A DNA stretch of 12,104 nt from Selaginella moellendorffii. Its lineage: Eukaryota; Plantae; Lycopodiophyta. Shown in pieces: positions 9,430 through 12,104 of the stretch (positions are counted from its first letter, which is position 1; each line of letters opens with the position of its first letter). A program made the translations under genes and the position numbers. The stretch is from positions 1 to 12,104 of the forward strand of contig NW_003314566.1 of assembly GCF_000143415.4 (NCBI RefSeq). The letters are read 5' to 3'. The notes beneath the pieces were generated by a model. That model worked only from the letters and a program-made list of their open reading frames with translations, was not told the origin of the DNA and searched no databases.

Positions 9430-9821
9430 TCCTACGACTTGTTAACCATGTCTCCGGGGGCATCCCCCCACTTAGCGGTGTGCCTGAGTTAGCCTCCCCG
9501 GCCAAAAGCCCATGACAACAGAATATAGGTGTCCCTATACTCTTCACCTCACCACGCCCTAGTATAGGGTCGGAACTTGAACCCAGCCTTGCTTTATTAG
9601 GGGGTTGGGACTCGAACCCAACCTCTGTAGAATATGTCTACGGATTCGACATCCCTGCAGGGAGTCGGGCGTAGTTCCCTACGCCTGGTCGACCTAGCTA
9701 ACCCATGCTAATTAGCTTACCTTCGGCGCGCCTTCGGGTCCCAACATATGCCATTGCTCAACTTCTCAAATTGATACTTTTAATTGAATTTTGCATAAGT
9801 ACATAGAGTTCTACCTTGCAG

Positions 9822-9983
9822 AAATTCCTCTACTAGATCTCGCGCATTCGCTAGGTTCTCCTCCGATTCCCATGTTACTTCGTAGTGTGGAAATCCTTTC
9901 CACTTCACATGAAACTCTCTCACCTCGCATCCTTGTCGCTTGCTCTTGCGCACATTGAGAATGGCCTCGACTTCGTATTCCTC
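9822..9983 (-). other. Chromodomain at the integrase C-terminus (group I type, aromatic cage retained)
   Basis: EEYEVEAILNVRKSKRQGCEVREFHVKWKGFPHYEVTWESEENLANARDLVEEF contains the Y-x-V-E-x-I, V-K-W-K-G-F and T-W-E-x-x-E-N-L chromodomain signatures. Confidence 0.93.
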
Positions 9984-10161
9984 TACCCCTTGGATAACCT
10001 CATGTAAAGGTCTCACTTGGTCCTTGCAAAGCGGATCCTCAAAATACGGCTTGAGTAAGTTCACATGGAACACGGGATGCATCTTCCCCATCTCTCGAGG
10101 AAGTCGGAGATGGTAAGCCACTTTACTGATTCGAGCCTCAATCTCGTAAGGCCCCGCGAAT

Positions 10162-10213
10162 CTGCTTAAGGAACTCAAGATCAATTCATTTATAGGAATA
10201 CATGCATTTTTAC
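10162..10213 (-). other. Spliceosomal-type intron 2 (52 nt) just before the integrase GPY motif
   Basis: AAG TTG ACC CAA AG|GTAAAAATGCATGTATTCCTATAAATGAATTGATCTTGAGTTCCTTAAGCAG|A TTC GCG GGG CCT TAC. It is an AT-rich GT..CAG insert. Excision restores K-L-T-Q-R-F-A-G-P-Y (typical gypsy KLxPRFxGPY). Confidence 0.88.
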
Positions 10214-10631
10214 CTTTGGGTCAACTTCTAGCTGATCCCACTTGGTAGCCTGAGGTTCTTGGTGTTCAGCCACACCTTCTCCCCAGCTTGGAACTCTACA
10301 TCCTGGCACTTCTGATTTGCGTACTTAGTTTGCCTTTGTTGAGCTCGTTCCAAGGAATCCCTCACTAGATTCCAAATGTTGAGTCTTTCCGCCGTGAATG
10401 CCTCCACTGCGGGTAACTCTCCATGATACTTGGCCACGCCGAGTTCCACAAGATCTTCAATAGCTCGCCCATTGATGACTTCCCATGGACTCACCCCGAT
10501 GCTCGAATGTGGTGAGTTGTTATAACACATTTCCGCAAGGCCCAAATGACTTACCCAATCGGTCTGGTCTCCGGAGACATAGCATCGCAAATAATCCTCC
10601 AGCTGCCTATTCACCCTTTCCGTTTGTCCAT

Positions 10632-10678
10632 CTGTCAAGAAGTGTTAGTGCCATCAATCTTGACTTAATACCCATTAC
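10632..10678 (-). other. Spliceosomal-type intron 1 (47 nt) within the integrase catalytic core
   Basis: CAG ACA G|GTAATGGGTATTAAGTCAAGATTGATGGCACTAACACTTCTTGACAG|AT GGA CAA ACG GAA. It has a GT donor, a CACTAAC branch-point consensus, a short pyrimidine tract and a CAG acceptor. Excision restores H-P-Q-T-D-G-Q-T-E. Confidence 0.88.
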
Positions 10679-11426
10679 CTGTCTGTGGGTGATAGGCTGT
10701 GCTGAATTTCAACTTGGTGCGATACTGTTTTAGGAGTGTCCTCCAGAACCTACTAGTGAAGATCTTATCTCGATCTGAGATAATCTCTTCCGGCCTTCCC
10801 CGCACTCGAACCACTTGTTCGAAAAATAGCTTCGCCACACCTTCCGCATCCACTTCCGTTGTGATGGGTATGAAATGTGCCATCTTCGAAAATCGATCCA
10901 CCACCACGAATATCGCATCGAACCCCTTGCTTGGGGGAAGTCCCGTGATGAAGTCCATCGTAAGACATTTCCACGGACGATCTAGAATTGGGGTGCTTTG
11001 TAACAAGCCCCCACTAGCCTTAGTCACGGCTTTGACTTACTGACATGTTGGACATGTCTTTACATAGTCTTGGACATCCTTAGCCATATCTGGTCAGTGG
11101 TACTTCCTCTTGAGTAAGCCCATTGTCTTGGGCACTCTGCCGTGTCCCGCAAGAGGTCTGTCATAACACTCTTCTAAGGCTACCTTCCTTAGTTCCCCTT
11201 CTGGAACATACACCCTTGTTTGCTTGTAATATATGAGTCCGTTGCGTTTTGCATAGCCCGTTTTCTCTTCTGATGGCAACTCACCTTTCTGGTGAGCTTC
11301 CCGTGCCTCTAGATTCCTCAGCAACACTTCTTGTGCTAGACCATCGTTCTCGTATGCGGTCCGCACATCATCCCAAAAGGTTGCTGTCGCGCTAGATATC
11401 GCCAATTTCAAGCTTGCTTTTCGACT

Positions 11427-11790
11427 TAGCGCATCTGCCACGATGTTGCTCTTCCCAGGCTTGTACAAAATCTCGCAATCAAACTCGGCCAAAGCATTGG
11501 CCCACCGACCTTGTTTTCCCCTCAGGTCGGGCTGTGACAAGAAGTGTTTCGTTGCCACATTGTCCGTGTAAACCTTGAAGTGTCTCCCAAGGTAGTGTCG
11601 CCATTCCTTGAGCGCCTTGACCACCGCAAACAATTCCTTCTCATGGGTAGGTCACTTCCGTTGAGCCTTGTCCAACTTCTTTGAGAAGAACACTACTGGA
11701 TGGTTGTCTTGCTTCAAAATTGCGCCCAACGCAAAGTCTGAAGCATCCGTTTCTACCTCAAAGTCTTTACCAAAGTTTGGTAATGCCAAC
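11427..11790 (-). pseudogene. RNase H domain of gypsy pol (interrupted by TGA at 11652-11654)
   Basis: LPNFGKDFEVETDASDFALGAILKQ..FFSKKL..*PTHEKELFAVVKALKEWRHYLG..VYTDN..YKPGKSNIVADALSR. Boundaries are approximate. Confidence 0.9.
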
Positions 11791-12104
11791 ACGGGAGCCT
11801 TCCTCAACTTCCCCTTGAGGTGGACGAATGTTGCCTCGCATTCTGCTGTCCATACCATCTTCCCTTTTCCCATTTGGTCCGTTCGAATAGTGTTTGATAA
11901 ACTTTCGATAGTAGTTGCATAGCCCCAGGAATGCCCTTAACTCGTGTACATTCGATGGTCACTCCCAATCCTAGATCGCTTGGACCTTCTTAGGGTCCAC
12001 CTTGAGCCCGTCCTTGCCCACCACATGCCCAAGAAACTTTACCTTTTGCTGAGCAAAGTCACATTTGCTCTCTTTAGCATACAGCTGGTGTCCCTTAGTT
12101 CTCA

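Larger units (their letters stand above)
6874..9746 (-). repeat. Candidate 3' LTR / 3' non-coding region of the chromovirus (inner boundary ambiguous: 9746 or 7914)
   Basis: TGTTAGGACCC at 6874 (+) is an inverted match to GGGTCCCAACA ending at 9746 (10/11, about 34 nt past the pol stop) and to TCCTAACA ending at 7914 (8/8). Neither pairing shows a TSD, as expected for a non-solo LTR. The PPT is weak in both cases and the 5' LTR is outside the window. Confidence 0.4.
10040..11170 (-). pseudogene. Integrase of gypsy pol (HHCC, DDE core, GPY/F module), split by two introns
   Basis: The ORF pieces 10665..11027, 10228..10638 and 9780..10184 join in frame once 10632-10678 and 10162-10213 are removed. 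One point-mutation stop remains at 10228-30. Boundaries are approximate. Confidence 0.92.
9780..12104 (-). mobile_element. Ty3/gypsy chromovirus LTR retrotransposon, degenerate pol (RT C-terminus, RNase H, integrase, chromodomain); continues beyond the right edge of the window
   Basis: Motifs on the minus strand: RT end [35 protein letters not shown]; RNase H VETDASDFALGAIL..THEKELFAVVKALKEWRHYL..VYTDN..NIVADALSR; integrase Zn finger (H/Y..H..CPTC), core MDFITGLP..VVVDRFSK..IISDRD..HPQTDGQTERVN, GPY module, HPVFHVNLLKPY; C-terminal chromodomain. The RT-RH-INT-CHD order is diagnostic. Lesions: stops at 11971-73, 11959-61, 11652-54, 11094-96, 11037-39 and 10228-30, plus a frameshifting deletion near 11882. 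Confidence 0.97.

Noticed and set aside
9566-9625. tRNA gene or tRNA-derived SINE suggested by the TTCGAGT loop
   Set aside because: No D-arm, anticodon arm, acceptor stem or properly spaced A-box; these are isolated hairpins.
10162-10678. Programmed ribosomal frameshift, or compensating indels (47+52=99 nt), as the explanation for the integrase frame changes
   Set aside because: The first insert contains an in-frame TAA, and both are extra non-homologous sequence bounded by GT..AG, which fits introns better.

Overview
Eukaryotic land-plant nuclear DNA. The very short 47-60 nt introns and a group-I-type chromodomain point to a non-seed plant such as a lycophyte (Selaginella-like); this is an inference. 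From left to right: (1) 1-4200 is AT-rich, almost CpG-free decayed sequence with unidentifiable exon-like relics. (2) About 4517-6280 (minus strand) is a six-exon, intron-retaining pseudogene of a PMT6/PMT7-like SAM-dependent methyltransferase (DUF248/Methyltransf_29), with stops, frameshifts and short deletions. (3) About 6874-9779 is the 3' non-coding/LTR region of a retrotransposon. It holds a complete nested Cassandra-type TRIM with 5S rRNA-derived LTRs (8082-8676), a C20 run, a 12-bp tandem array and a dense cluster of hairpins. (4) 9780-12104 (minus strand) is the degenerate pol of a Ty3/gypsy chromovirus (RT end, RNase H, integrase, chromodomain). The most striking observation is that two host-sized GT-AG spliceosomal introns (10632-10678, 47 nt; 10162-10213, 52 nt) interrupt the integrase. 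Removing them restores the HPQTDGQTE and KLxxRFxGPY motifs exactly, which suggests an LTR retrotransposon whose integrase depends on splicing.
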